Origin: a virus
Length of the DNA: 32,927 nt
IMG/VR virus record: IMGVR_UViG_3300045988_149366
Location: 1-32,927 of that record
Direction: 5' to 3' (one strand)
In this document: positions 7,530 through 16,413 of the stretch, in pieces
How the letters are laid out: every line of letters starts with the position of its first letter
Numbering within the stretch: position 1 is the stretch's first letter
Program-made: the position numbers and the translations under genes
The notes under the pieces: generated by a model
What the model was told of the DNA's origin: nothing
Database searches by the model: none
What the model saw: only the letters and a program-made list of their open reading frames with translations

Positions 7530-8017
7530 GTGGAGAACCAGTCATCACCATCACCGGGAACCTCACCAAAGACCCCGAACTACGATTCACGTCATCAGGA
7601 GTAGCAGTCGCAGACTTCTCAATAGCAGTCACACCACGCACCTACAACAAACAAACCCAACAATGGGAGGACGGTGACCCACAATTCTACAGGTGCAGCC
7701 TATGGCGCGACGCGGCAGAAAACGCGGCAGAAACACTACGCAAAGGCATGAGAGTAATCGCCACAGGCCGCATCTCACTACGCTCATACGAAAACCGCGA
7801 CGGACAACAACGCAGCGAACTCGCCCTACAGGTTGACGAGGTTGGCCCCTCACTACGCTACGCGCGCGCACAAGTCACGAAAGCCCCAACCGGCAGTGCG
7901 CAACCAGCACAGCAACCGCGAGCGCAAGCCACGCGCAACGCGCCAGCAGGCGGCACCAGCGGCGATCCCTGGGCACAACAGTCACAGCCCACATTCCCGG
8001 ACGAGCCACCATTCTAA
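7526..8017 (+). CDS. ssb: single-stranded DNA-binding protein
   Basis: ITITGNLTKDPELRFTSSGVAVADFSIAV...YRCSLWRDAAENAAETLRKGMRVIATGR is an OB-fold SSB. It has a Gln/Pro-rich tail ending in the acidic tip DEPPF. Confidence 0.9.
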   Translation: MSGEPVITITGNLTKDPELRFTSSGVAVADFSIAVTPRTYNKQTQQWEDGDPQFYRCSLWRDAAENAAETLRKGMRVIATGRISLRSYENRDGQQRSELALQVDEVGPSLRYARAQVTKAPTGSAQPAQQPRAQATRNAPAGGTSGDPWAQQSQPTFPDEPPF

Positions 8018-8164
8018 ACAGCGCCACTAGCACGCCGGGCGGGGGAGCAACAGCAACAAGCCAACTCCCCTGCCCCAAGCGCCGCGCATAGAATCACCAA
8101 ACACCAACAGCAGCCAAACAGCGAACCCACAACACGCCCGAACACCCGCAGGAGGAACCCACGC

Positions 8165-8932
8165 ATGACACACCTCATCCAGCGGCACGCGCCCCAACAA
8201 GTCAGGCGCGCCCAACACCAACTGCACGACCTCCACCACTGGACGCCACTACTCACCATCACCAGCAGTACGGCCACCGGCCTCCACTCGCCACGCTCAG
8301 GCAGGTCAGGAGGTGCGCAGGACAGTCTCCCGTTCGGCTTAGACCAAGCGATAGATGACACCACGCTAGGAGTAGCCGGAGTGCACACCACGATGGGAGC
8401 TGTCACAGAGATGTGGCACTGGGCTGTGAACGTGGCTGGCACACTCAACACACAGGAGCGTCCCAAGCGCGACCTGTCGGTGTTCTACTGGCTCACCGAG
8501 CACGCCCCCGACGCTTACGACCAGCACCCAGACTGGGACAGCCTCAGCAACGACATCGCGACGCTATGGCGCAGGGTCGCAACCCTCACAGGCCACGGCA
8601 CCCACAGGCTCGCAGAATGCCCATGCGGCGGCACCATACGCGCACAAGCCACCCGCAAAGGGATCACCACGGGAGGCGAATGCGACACGTGCGAAACCTA
8701 CTACCCTGACCTCGACACGGTGGCTGAAGCGCACCGCCAACACATGCGCACCGACGCAGTTAGCCCCACGGTGTGGGTCACCGCGCGCCAGGCACGCGTC
8801 ATCTGGCCAACCCTCACCGCCACTAACCTGCGTGTCCTCGCACACCGAGGCAAAATCGCCCGCCAACACAACACGGTCAGCACATACCGGCTCTTGGACA
8901 TCAACAGGCACATGCTACGCAAATGGCACTGA
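8165..8932 (+). CDS. hypothetical protein with a Cys4 zinc-ribbon-like motif and a C-terminal HTH-like segment (possible regulator)
   Basis: AGGAGG 8 nt before the ATG. CPCGG...CDTCE motif. The C-terminal WVTARQARVIWPTLTATNLRVLAHRGKIA resembles an HTH. The function is inferred only. Confidence 0.5.
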   Translation: MTHLIQRHAPQQVRRAQHQLHDLHHWTPLLTITSSTATGLHSPRSGRSGGAQDSLPFGLDQAIDDTTLGVAGVHTTMGAVTEMWHWAVNVAGTLNTQERPKRDLSVFYWLTEHAPDAYDQHPDWDSLSNDIATLWRRVATLTGHGTHRLAECPCGGTIRAQATRKGITTGGECDTCETYYPDLDTVAEAHRQHMRTDAVSPTVWVTARQARVIWPTLTATNLRVLAHRGKIARQHNTVSTYRLLDINRHMLRKWH

Positions 8933-9029
8933 CCCGTGATAATGTAACGCCTAGAGGCGTCAAGCGCGCCCAAAAACCAGCAAAGAAGCCTGGTTCCCCA
9001 TTCACCACCAGCCCAGCAAGGCAACCGTA

Positions 9030-9371
9030 ATGGCCGCCAAACCAAACCCACGGCGAGCCAACAGCACGCGCAGAAACCGACTGAGAGCACGAATCCTCGC
9101 GGCCTACGACACCTGCCACATCTGCGGACAACCTGTCGACAAAACACTCACATGGCCGCACCCCTGGTGCGGTGTCGTCGACGAAATAATCCCCATCAGC
9201 AAAGGCGGGCCACAAACATTTGCTAACACGCGCCTCGCCCACAACTACTGCAACCGCATCAAATCCAACAAGTCATTAGCGTGGGCACAACACAAGCTAC
9301 AACAAGCACGCGCCCCACACCAGCCACCAGCACGACCAACATCACTACCATTCACAACAAGCACATGGTGA
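9030..9371 (+). CDS. HNH endonuclease
   Basis: CHICGQPVD...DEIIPISKGG...NTRLAHNYCNRIK is an HNH motif. Its position just upstream of the terminase genes is typical of HNH-assisted packaging. Confidence 0.8.
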   Translation: MAAKPNPRRANSTRRNRLRARILAAYDTCHICGQPVDKTLTWPHPWCGVVDEIIPISKGGPQTFANTRLAHNYCNRIKSNKSLAWAQHKLQQARAPHQPPARPTSLPFTTSTW

Positions 9372-9515
9372 CCACACCAACGACAACCGCGAGAAAAGGC
9401 ATGCCACGCCCCACCACAGCCACACGAAACCACACAACACCAGGGGGAACACCCCCCACCACAGCAGGGCGGCCACCTCGGGTGCAGGGCTAATATCTCC
9501 CCACAGTGCTCTTGT

Positions 9516-9538
9516 GTAACACCCGCCCCGTAACACCC
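9516..9538. repeat. direct repeat GTAACACCC x2 upstream of the small terminase gene (candidate terminase recognition element)
   Basis: GTAACACCC at 9516-9524 and 9530-9538, 14 bp start to start, in the 192-nt HNH/terS gap. Confidence 0.3.
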
Positions 9539-9563
9539 AGTGGTTGGAGCGTGACAGGAGGAC

Positions 9564-10028
9564 ATGATGAAACGCGTGTGTGCGCATTGTGGCACGCAGC
9601 TTGACCGGAATGCCGGTGTTCGTGCGAAGTATTGTTCTGATGCGTGTAGGCAGGCTGCGTATCGCGCTCGAAAAGCGCAGAACCCTACGGCTCCCGGCAC
9701 TACTGCTGATAATTTTGGCGTGCGTAGAGGGCCGGGTGGGCATGTGACGGTGGATTTGACTAGGGACGTGTCGGCGACGATCACGCGTGAAGAGTTTGAA
9801 CGCATGATGGATGACACGGTTGAGGATACGTTGCGGTTTACGCGTGGGGTGCTGAAGATGGCGTTGCCTGAAGCGCCTGCTAATACTCTTGCCCCGATTT
9901 CTAAGCAGTTGATTGAGATTGCCAAAGAGCTTGAGGCTCGTACTGGCGGCGCTGTTTTTGATGATGCTTCGGGCTTGGGCGAGTCTGAGGAGGTGAGCGA
10001 GGAGGCTTTTGATCTTGGACAGATCTAA
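9564..10028 (+). CDS. putative terminase small subunit (N-terminal zinc-ribbon type)
   Basis: CAHCGTQL...YCSDACRQAAYRARK is an N-terminal motif I recall from actinophage small terminases, followed by an acidic C-terminus. It lies immediately upstream of terL. The start may be ATG 9567. Confidence 0.5.
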   Translation: MMKRVCAHCGTQLDRNAGVRAKYCSDACRQAAYRARKAQNPTAPGTTADNFGVRRGPGGHVTVDLTRDVSATITREEFERMMDDTVEDTLRFTRGVLKMALPEAPANTLAPISKQLIEIAKELEARTGGAVFDDASGLGESEEVSEEAFDLGQI

Positions 10029-11466
10029 ATTGAAGCTTTCCCAGCTCGCTAAGCATTTGGAGATTCCTGAGGGGATTGTAGCGTCTGATTTTCCGAGGAT
10101 TGCTCGGCAGGCTGCTAAGTGTGGGATCTTTTTTGATGCGTGGCAGGCGGGGATTGGGTCGCTGATTCTTGGTAGGCGCTCTGATGGGTCGTATGCGTGC
10201 GCTGTGGGTGGTGCGGGCTTGTCGATTCCGCGTCAGGCCGGTAAGACGTACATGATTGGCATGCTTGTCGTGTTCATGTGCATCATGCGGTCGAGTGTGA
10301 CGGTGTTGTGGACTGCTCACCGCTCGAAGACGTCTGGTGAGACGTTTAAGTCGATGCAGGGCATTGTGAATAGGCCGCAGTTGCGCCGGTTTGTCGCGTC
10401 GATTAGGCGTGCGAATGGTCAGGAAGCTATTGAGTTTGTGAATGGTTCGCGCGTGTTGTTTGGTGCGCGCGAGCAGGGGTTTGGCCGCGGGTTCGCTGAG
10501 GTGGACATTGAGGTGTATGACGAGGCTCAGATTCTGACTGAGCGCGCGTTGGATGACATGCTGCCTGCGACTGCGGTGTCGAAGATTGGCTTGGTGATTT
10601 ACATGGGGACGCCTCCGCGTCCTGGTGTTGATCCGGGTGAGGTTTTTGAGCAGAAGAGGCTTGACGCGGTTAAGCGGCATGATCGGGACACGTTGTGGGT
10701 GGAGTTTGGTGCGCAGCGTGGGTGTGATCCTGATGATCAGGCGAATTGGGAGGCTGCTAATCCGAGTTTTCCGCATCGCACTCCGGTGTCGTCGATTGCG
10801 CGGTTGCGTCGTCAGCTTGCTGCTGATTCGTTTATGCGTGAGGCGTTGGGGATTTGGGATGAGTCGGCGGGGTTGCGCGCGATTTCTGCTGCCCAGTGGG
10901 CGTCGGGTGAGGTTGCCGAGAGGCCGTCTGATGATGGTGTGGCGTGTTTTGCGATTGACATGCCGCCGGATAGGTCTGCTGTGGCTGTTGGCGCGTGCAT
11001 GAAGTATGACGATGGGACTGCGCATATTGAGCTGGCTGAGTATCGGCCTGTTGATACGTGTGGTTTGCGGTGGGCGGTTGATTGGGTTGCTGAGCGGTGG
11101 CCGAAAGCTGGCGCTGTGGTGGTTGATGCGCAGTCGCCTGCTATGGCGCTGCTGCCGGATTTGCAGGATGCGCATGTGAAGGTGACTGTCACTGATGTGA
11201 AGGATATGGGGCGTGCGTGTGGGCGTGTGGTGGACATGTTGAATACGCGGTCGTTGACGCATTTGCCTGACGCGGATCAGCCTCAGATGGGGATTGCTGT
11301 TGAGAATTTGACGAAGCGTGCGATTGGTCAGGCTGGCGCGTTTGGGTGGAATCGTAAGGGGTCGGATGTGGATATCAGCCCGATGGTGGCGTGCACTCTT
11401 GCTCTTCATGGTGCGTTTGTGACGCGGCGGGATCCGAGGCGAGTGCAGAAAGTGGGGATCAGATGA
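10009..11466 (+). CDS. terL: terminase large subunit
   Basis: Walker A-like SIPRQAGKTYM, Walker B-like VDIEVYDEAQ and a C-terminal nuclease-domain region. It sits before the portal gene. No in-frame ATG near the 5' end; candidates are TTG 10009, 10015 (better spaced from GGAGG 10001-10005) or 10030. Confidence 0.85.
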   Translation: MILDRSKLKLSQLAKHLEIPEGIVASDFPRIARQAAKCGIFFDAWQAGIGSLILGRRSDGSYACAVGGAGLSIPRQAGKTYMIGMLVVFMCIMRSSVTVLWTAHRSKTSGETFKSMQGIVNRPQLRRFVASIRRANGQEAIEFVNGSRVLFGAREQGFGRGFAEVDIEVYDEAQILTERALDDMLPATAVSKIGLVIYMGTPPRPGVDPGEVFEQKRLDAVKRHDRDTLWVEFGAQRGCDPDDQANWEAANPSFPHRTPVSSIARLRRQLAADSFMREALGIWDESAGLRAISAAQWASGEVAERPSDDGVACFAIDMPPDRSAVAVGACMKYDDGTAHIELAEYRPVDTCGLRWAVDWVAERWPKAGAVVVDAQSPAMALLPDLQDAHVKVTVTDVKDMGRACGRVVDMLNTRSLTHLPDADQPQMGIAVENLTKRAIGQAGAFGWNRKGSDVDISPMVACTLALHGAFVTRRDPRRVQKVGIR

Positions 11467-13082
11467 GCGTTATTAGTAGTGAATTGTCGACCGGCTACGC
11501 CTCCGTTAACGGCTTGCGTGTCCCTCCGCTTCGTGGTGTACCAGCGTCGCATATGGGTGTGATTCGTCAGCTCGCCAGGGTGTGGAGCGCGAAGTATCCT
11601 CGCAATCTTTTGCGCTCGGAATACTACGCTGCTAAGAACCGGCTGAAAGATTTCGGTATTGGTATTCCGAATCGTATTTCTGCGCAGGCGTCGGCAATGA
11701 TCGGCTGGCCTGAACTTGCCGTGCGCAGTTTGTCTGACTTGTCATCATTTCAGGGGTTCAACACGGGCAGTCGGGACGAGCTGGGTGTTTTGGAGATCTT
11801 TAACCGCAATAGTCTCGACCAGGTGGTGGCTGAGGCTATTGTGTCCGCCTACATTCACTCCTGCTCGTTCCTGACGATCTCGGTGGATGAGAATGGGCAG
11901 CCGGTGATCAGGCCGGCGTCTGCTGAATGGTCTGCTGGCATTTGGGATTATGCGAATCATCGGTTGGCGGCAGCACTGACGATCATGTCGACCACTGAGC
12001 GCGGGGACGTGACGCGGTTTTGCGCGTGGCTGCCCGGCGTGACGTACGACTGCGAGAAAACGAAGACGGGGTGGTCGGTTACTGGGCTGCCGACTGGGCT
12101 GGATGAGCCTGCTGCCGTTGCGATGGTTCACGATAAGCAGTTGCAGCGCCCGTTTGGGCATTCGCGGATTTCCCGCCCTGTCATGGCTGCTACTGATATC
12201 GGCTTCCGCACGGTGATGCGCATGGAGGGAAATGCCGAGTTTTATGCGTCTCCACGCCTGTGGTTCCTTGGGCTTGCGCAGGACGCTTTTGACACGGACA
12301 CGTGGTCTGCTCTCCAGTCGGCGGTTAATTCCGTCAGTAAAGATATTGACGGTGATGTGCCGACTATTGAGCAGGTTGCGCAGGCGTCGATGGCTCCGCA
12401 TGTGGAGATGCTCAAGTCGATGGCAATGCTGTGCGCGGCGTCAATGCGGGTGCCTGTGGACTATATGGGTATCACGTTGGATAATCCGACGTCTGCGGAG
12501 TCTCAGGCTGCGGCTGAGCGCCGGTTGACTCGTATTGCTGACCGGCAGAATGTGGCGTTTGGGCGCGCGCTTGTTCACGCGCTGATGATTGCTGTGCATG
12601 TGCGGGATGGGCGTTCTCCTGGCGAGCAGGCTCTTGAGAAGGTTACGGCGATTTGGGCTCCGACTCGTGAAGAATCGGGCGCGGCTCGTGCTGATTCGTT
12701 TGCGAAGGTTGCTGCTGTTATCCCGGGGTATGCGGATTCTGATGTCGGTTTGGAAAAGTTGGGATTGTCGCAGGAGGAGATACGCAGGTTGCGTATTGAC
12801 CAGCAGCGTGTCAGGGCGCAAGAAACACTCAACCAGATACGTGCCTCGATGGGGCAAGCCGCTCCAGAGGGAGAAGAAAGCAGTCTGACTCGCCCAGCCG
12901 GTTCACAAGATCCTGTCACGTTAAAAGCAAAGTTCGACGCTCTGGGGGTCGCGATCCGTGCAGGAGTCTCCCCAGAATCGGCGGCAACAAGCTTGGGTTT
13001 GGATGGCGTCGAGTTTACAGGGGCGGTTCCGGTGAGTTTGCGTATGCCTGAATCGGAAGCAACGGATTTGGAAGAAAAATAG
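11463..13082 (+). CDS. portal protein
   Basis: ATG 11463 overlaps the terL TGA, in frame with track ORF 11391..13082. About 540 aa, placed between terL and the MuF-like gene. Confidence 0.8.
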   Translation: MSVISSELSTGYASVNGLRVPPLRGVPASHMGVIRQLARVWSAKYPRNLLRSEYYAAKNRLKDFGIGIPNRISAQASAMIGWPELAVRSLSDLSSFQGFNTGSRDELGVLEIFNRNSLDQVVAEAIVSAYIHSCSFLTISVDENGQPVIRPASAEWSAGIWDYANHRLAAALTIMSTTERGDVTRFCAWLPGVTYDCEKTKTGWSVTGLPTGLDEPAAVAMVHDKQLQRPFGHSRISRPVMAATDIGFRTVMRMEGNAEFYASPRLWFLGLAQDAFDTDTWSALQSAVNSVSKDIDGDVPTIEQVAQASMAPHVEMLKSMAMLCAASMRVPVDYMGITLDNPTSAESQAAAERRLTRIADRQNVAFGRALVHALMIAVHVRDGRSPGEQALEKVTAIWAPTREESGAARADSFAKVAAVIPGYADSDVGLEKLGLSQEEIRRLRIDQQRVRAQETLNQIRASMGQAAPEGEESSLTRPAGSQDPVTLKAKFDALGVAIRAGVSPESAATSLGLDGVEFTGAVPVSLRMPESEATDLEEK

Positions 13083-13101
13083 ATAGAGCAGGGAGGTCCA
13101 G

Positions 13102-14367
13102 TTGGAGATTCCCAGTAATTTACAGCAGGAACTCGACCGGCTCTGGGCAAAATACCAGCAGGACCTCGACGCGATCACAGAGTACGCGTGCGGCCTCGTC
13201 GAGGAGGTTGCCGGAAACATTGATGACACGCTAGAAGTGATCAAGGACTACACATCCGTAGCGTCACAGGCAGCTAATGAGTATTACGACGCTGTGCGAA
13301 CCGTGTGGGGAAAAGCGGGCGTTGACCTGCCTGCTTTCAAGCACGACAATCTGATCGACCCGAGGCGGGCTCTGTGGCAGGTTCAAGGCGGCTTCTCAAA
13401 CACCGACTTTAATGGCCTGACCTACAAGCAGGTTATTAGTGGCGAGGCGCACTCGGGGATGACGATTTGGGATCTGCTTCCCGACATTACGAATGTTGAT
13501 ACTGCGCAGCAGCTTGTGGCCGACATGATTCATTCCGTTACACGCCTGACGACTCAGCGGAACATGCGCCTGGATCCGACCAGCCCGAGATGGGCGAGGG
13601 TACCGAGTGGCGAGACGTGCGAGTTCTGCCTGATGCTCGCGTCGAGAGGGTTTGCGTATACCAGTGAGAAAACGGCTGGGCGGGAAATGCAGTATCACTC
13701 GGATTGTGATTGCAGGATCGTTCCATCGTGGGGAAAGCAAACTCTCAAGGGATACGATCCTGACGGCTTGTATGCGCGGTATAAAGCGTGCGCGGACACT
13801 GTTGCGCCTATGACGACGCGTGAACGGTACGACGCGTATAAGAAGACGCTGGCCGCCAGGGGCGGTGAGGAGCTTCGTGACTATGAGTCGTGGAAATGCA
13901 GTATCGAGCTTGCTGAGATGCGTTGGCGTGATCGGCACTGGCTCAACACCGGTGAGCTACCAGAAATCACGTTCGCGTCACCGGGGGTCGAGCAGGAGAT
14001 TCTTAAAGAACGTCCGCATGAGCTACGAACAGCCCAACGATTAAGGCTATGTGGCGTTCAGTGTCACTTCATCGAGGACGAACTGCATATTCGACGTGGA
14101 AATGAAACAGTAACTGTCGGATTATCTGATCTTGCTGGCGGTATCGAGCTAAAAACCTTACTTAAAGCGGGTTCCGCGAACACGATTGAATCCCACTTGC
14201 GTTCACTGAGAACGAAGAGCGATTGCCGGCGTGTCATATTTGATAACCACGAAAATGACCAAATGGACGATGCTTCTCTCATCGACATACTCACGCGGTC
14301 AAAACGATTTGGCAGAGGAAGCGTTTATGTCCTTACCGGGACAGAAAGGCTCATGAAAGTACGATAG
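13102..14367 (+). CDS. MuF / SPP1 gp7-like head morphogenesis protein fused to a C-terminal PD-(D/E)XK-like nuclease (toxin-like) module
   Basis: The core RWARVPSGETCEFCLMLASRGFAYTSE...YHSDCDCRIVP is the MuF-like minor-capsid signature. Residues ~295-421 (PHELRTAQRL...GLSDLAGGIELKTL...RRVIFDN) form an extra module with a D-x5-E-x-K motif in visibly AT-richer DNA. Confidence 0.75.
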   Translation: MEIPSNLQQELDRLWAKYQQDLDAITEYACGLVEEVAGNIDDTLEVIKDYTSVASQAANEYYDAVRTVWGKAGVDLPAFKHDNLIDPRRALWQVQGGFSNTDFNGLTYKQVISGEAHSGMTIWDLLPDITNVDTAQQLVADMIHSVTRLTTQRNMRLDPTSPRWARVPSGETCEFCLMLASRGFAYTSEKTAGREMQYHSDCDCRIVPSWGKQTLKGYDPDGLYARYKACADTVAPMTTRERYDAYKKTLAARGGEELRDYESWKCSIELAEMRWRDRHWLNTGELPEITFASPGVEQEILKERPHELRTAQRLRLCGVQCHFIEDELHIRRGNETVTVGLSDLAGGIELKTLLKAGSANTIESHLRSLRTKSDCRRVIFDNHENDQMDDASLIDILTRSKRFGRGSVYVLTGTERLMKVR

Positions 14368-14443
14368 GCGTTCAACATGTCACCCTACAGTGTCACACTG
14401 AACGCCTAACACCTCGATTATATCACTTGATCGCTCGACTATG

Positions 14444-14473
14444 CCACCCCCCCTTCAGGTTGGGTGGTTTTTT
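14444..14473 (+). terminator. rho-independent terminator-like hairpin + T6 between the MuF-fusion gene and the scaffold gene
   Basis: CCACCC (14444-14449) pairs with GGGTGG (14462-14467), followed by TTTTTT (14468-14473). It is preceded by a second inverted repeat, GGCGTTCA (14367) / TGAACGCC (14399). Confidence 0.5.
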
Positions 14474-14512
14474 ATGCCCCGCAACCCGCACTCCCATAGT
14501 GATTGGAGGAAC

Positions 14513-15097
14513 ATGTTCACGAGATTAGAAATGAACAGGCATCGAAACCTGGTATTTGCACTGCCGGACTCGCCGCAAGGCGGCAGCGACAAGAACGCAG
14601 CCGACATTAGCGGCGAAACCGGTCAGCCTTCTCAGCCAAGCGAAAGCAAGGAAGATGCGACCAAGGCGGAAGAGACGGCTGCCGACTCTGACAGTGAAAC
14701 CGCTCAAGCACCAGAAGCTGACGAGCCCGAAGACGGCGCGAATGAACCGCGCGAGCAGGCCACAGAAACCACTCCCGAACAGGCAGTCGACTACCAGGCC
14801 CTGCAGGACAAGAACAGTGCGCTCGCGGAGGAAGTCGAGCAGTTGAAAGCGCAGATCGCGCGGTTCGAGACCGAACACCAGTGCGCCGCGTGGCGCGCGG
14901 AAATCTCCAAAGAAACCGGCGTTCCCGCTGAGGCGTTACGCGGGGGAACGCGCGAGGAAATCGAAGCGCACGCCAAGGTGCTCGCTGAACTCCTCAAACC
15001 ACGACCAGTTGTACGCGGCGCAGGCTCTCAGCCGGAGTCCCCGCGTCGAAGTGTGGAACTGGAAACCGCTAACCGCCTACTGGGTATTAACAATTAG
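14513..15097 (+). CDS. capsid scaffolding protein
   Basis: Acidic Glu/Asp/Ala/Thr-rich N-half, coiled coil (ALQDKNSALAEEVEQLKAQIARFE) and a position directly before the major capsid gene. Start uncertain: ATG 14513 (GGAGGA only 2 nt upstream) or 14531; the track start at 14441 lies inside the terminator. Confidence 0.7.
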   Translation: MFTRLEMNRHRNLVFALPDSPQGGSDKNAADISGETGQPSQPSESKEDATKAEETAADSDSETAQAPEADEPEDGANEPREQATETTPEQAVDYQALQDKNSALAEEVEQLKAQIARFETEHQCAAWRAEISKETGVPAEALRGGTREEIEAHAKVLAELLKPRPVVRGAGSQPESPRRSVELETANRLLGINN

Positions 15098-15111
15098 AAA
15101 GGACTCCCATC

Positions 15112-16011
15112 ATGGCACTGACAACAAGCAAGATCGCCCTCCCCAAGGAGGTTGTCGCTTCTATTGCGACAAAGACTAAGGACGATTCCGTCATCGCGAA
15201 ACTCTCCCCTTCCGAACCTCAGCTGTTTGCTGACAAGGAATACCTCGTGTTCAACGGGGCGTCTGAAGCGGAGATTGTTTCCGAGGGCGCAAAGAAAGGC
15301 TCTTACGAGCAGGAACTGTCCACTGTTGCCGCGAAGCGTCACAAGCTCGTGACGACCACTCGCGTGACCGACGAGCTTAAGTGGGCTGACGAGGACGATC
15401 GCCTGGAGATCATCTCGAAGATCCAGGAAGACCAGTCAAAGGCCATTGGCCGCGCCCTGGACTACATCGTTTTCCACGCGTTCAACCCCAAGCCCAAGAC
15501 CCCGATTGACGGTGCGACAGGCCTGGCAACATCCGGCGTGCAGGTGACGTCTTCAGGCAAGCCGGTCAATGACATTGACCTTTTGGCAGACGCAGTGGTT
15601 GACGAGTACGACATTAACGGCGTGGCCTTGTCGAAGACGTGGGCGTCAATGCTGCGCAAAGAACGAGTCGCAGCCACTGGCCAGCGCTTGTTCCCTGAGA
15701 TTCCGCTTAACCTGAATGCCGGGTATTTGGATTCGATTCCTGCAGCCACGTCAGGCACTGTGAACGGTCGCCTGATCACTCCCGAGACCGGCGTGCTGGC
15801 AATCATGGGTGACTTCAACATGATCCGCTGGGGTTTGGTGCGCGACGTGTACTCCGAGATCATCGAATACGGTGATCCTGACTCCACGGGCATGGACCTG
15901 AAGGGCTACAACCAGATCGCCTATCGCACTGAATGCGTGCTGACGACCGCTGTTGTTGACCCGCATGCGTTTGCAGTGCTCAAGGCCAAGGCGTCGGGCG
16001 CGCGCGGCTGA
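15112..16011 (+). CDS. major capsid protein
   Basis: 299 aa, AAAGGA RBS, follows the scaffold gene. Composition is typical of an actinophage major capsid protein. Confidence 0.8.
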   Translation: MALTTSKIALPKEVVASIATKTKDDSVIAKLSPSEPQLFADKEYLVFNGASEAEIVSEGAKKGSYEQELSTVAAKRHKLVTTTRVTDELKWADEDDRLEIISKIQEDQSKAIGRALDYIVFHAFNPKPKTPIDGATGLATSGVQVTSSGKPVNDIDLLADAVVDEYDINGVALSKTWASMLRKERVAATGQRLFPEIPLNLNAGYLDSIPAATSGTVNGRLITPETGVLAIMGDFNMIRWGLVRDVYSEIIEYGDPDSTGMDLKGYNQIAYRTECVLTTAVVDPHAFAVLKAKASGARG

Positions 16012-16026
16012 AAAAGGTGATGACGC

Positions 16027-16413
16027 ATGAGTAAGGATGCCACCGTGGTTGTCACTGTTGGAGAGCTGGAATCACGGTGGCACCCACTCTTGGGAGATGA
16101 GCAGAAGCAGGCAGAAAAACTGCTGGCCGACGCTGTGGACGTGATTAAGGCCGAATGCTCCCACTGGGGGACCCTGCCGGAAGAGCGCGTGGTTCGTGTT
16201 GCCTGCCAGATGGTGAAACGAGCCATGCTGGCAGGCGACTGGGCGGGGATCACTCAGCGGTCTGAAACAGACGGCCCGTTCACGGAGTCATTCACGTTTT
16301 CTAACGCTGACGGCGACCTGTATTTGACGAGGAGTGAACGCAAGGCTCTTGGTATTGCAGGCCAGCGCGCGTTCTTCGTTGACATGGCAGACGGGAGACC
16401 GCGCGGTGAGTGA
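16027..16413 (+). CDS. head-tail connector (gp6-like) protein
   Basis: Size and position immediately after the capsid gene; helical N-half. Confidence 0.55.
   Translation: MSKDATVVVTVGELESRWHPLLGDEQKQAEKLLADAVDVIKAECSHWGTLPEERVVRVACQMVKRAMLAGDWAGITQRSETDGPFTESFTFSNADGDLYLTRSERKALGIAGQRAFFVDMADGRPRGE

Noticed and set aside
8014-9925. Cluster of minus-strand ORFs (8014..8466, 8701..9147, 8901..9242, 9245..9925)
   Set aside because: They are by-products of the strong C/A skew of the + strand. Their G/T-rich complements avoid stop codons. The translations are Cys/Gly/Arg/Val/Trp-rich and overlap confidently called + genes.
9901-11409. 502-aa minus-strand ORF, the longest in that region
   Set aside because: It is antisense to the terminase large subunit. 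The translation is Arg/Pro/His/Thr low-complexity with no domain-like segments, which is a typical high-GC antisense artefact.
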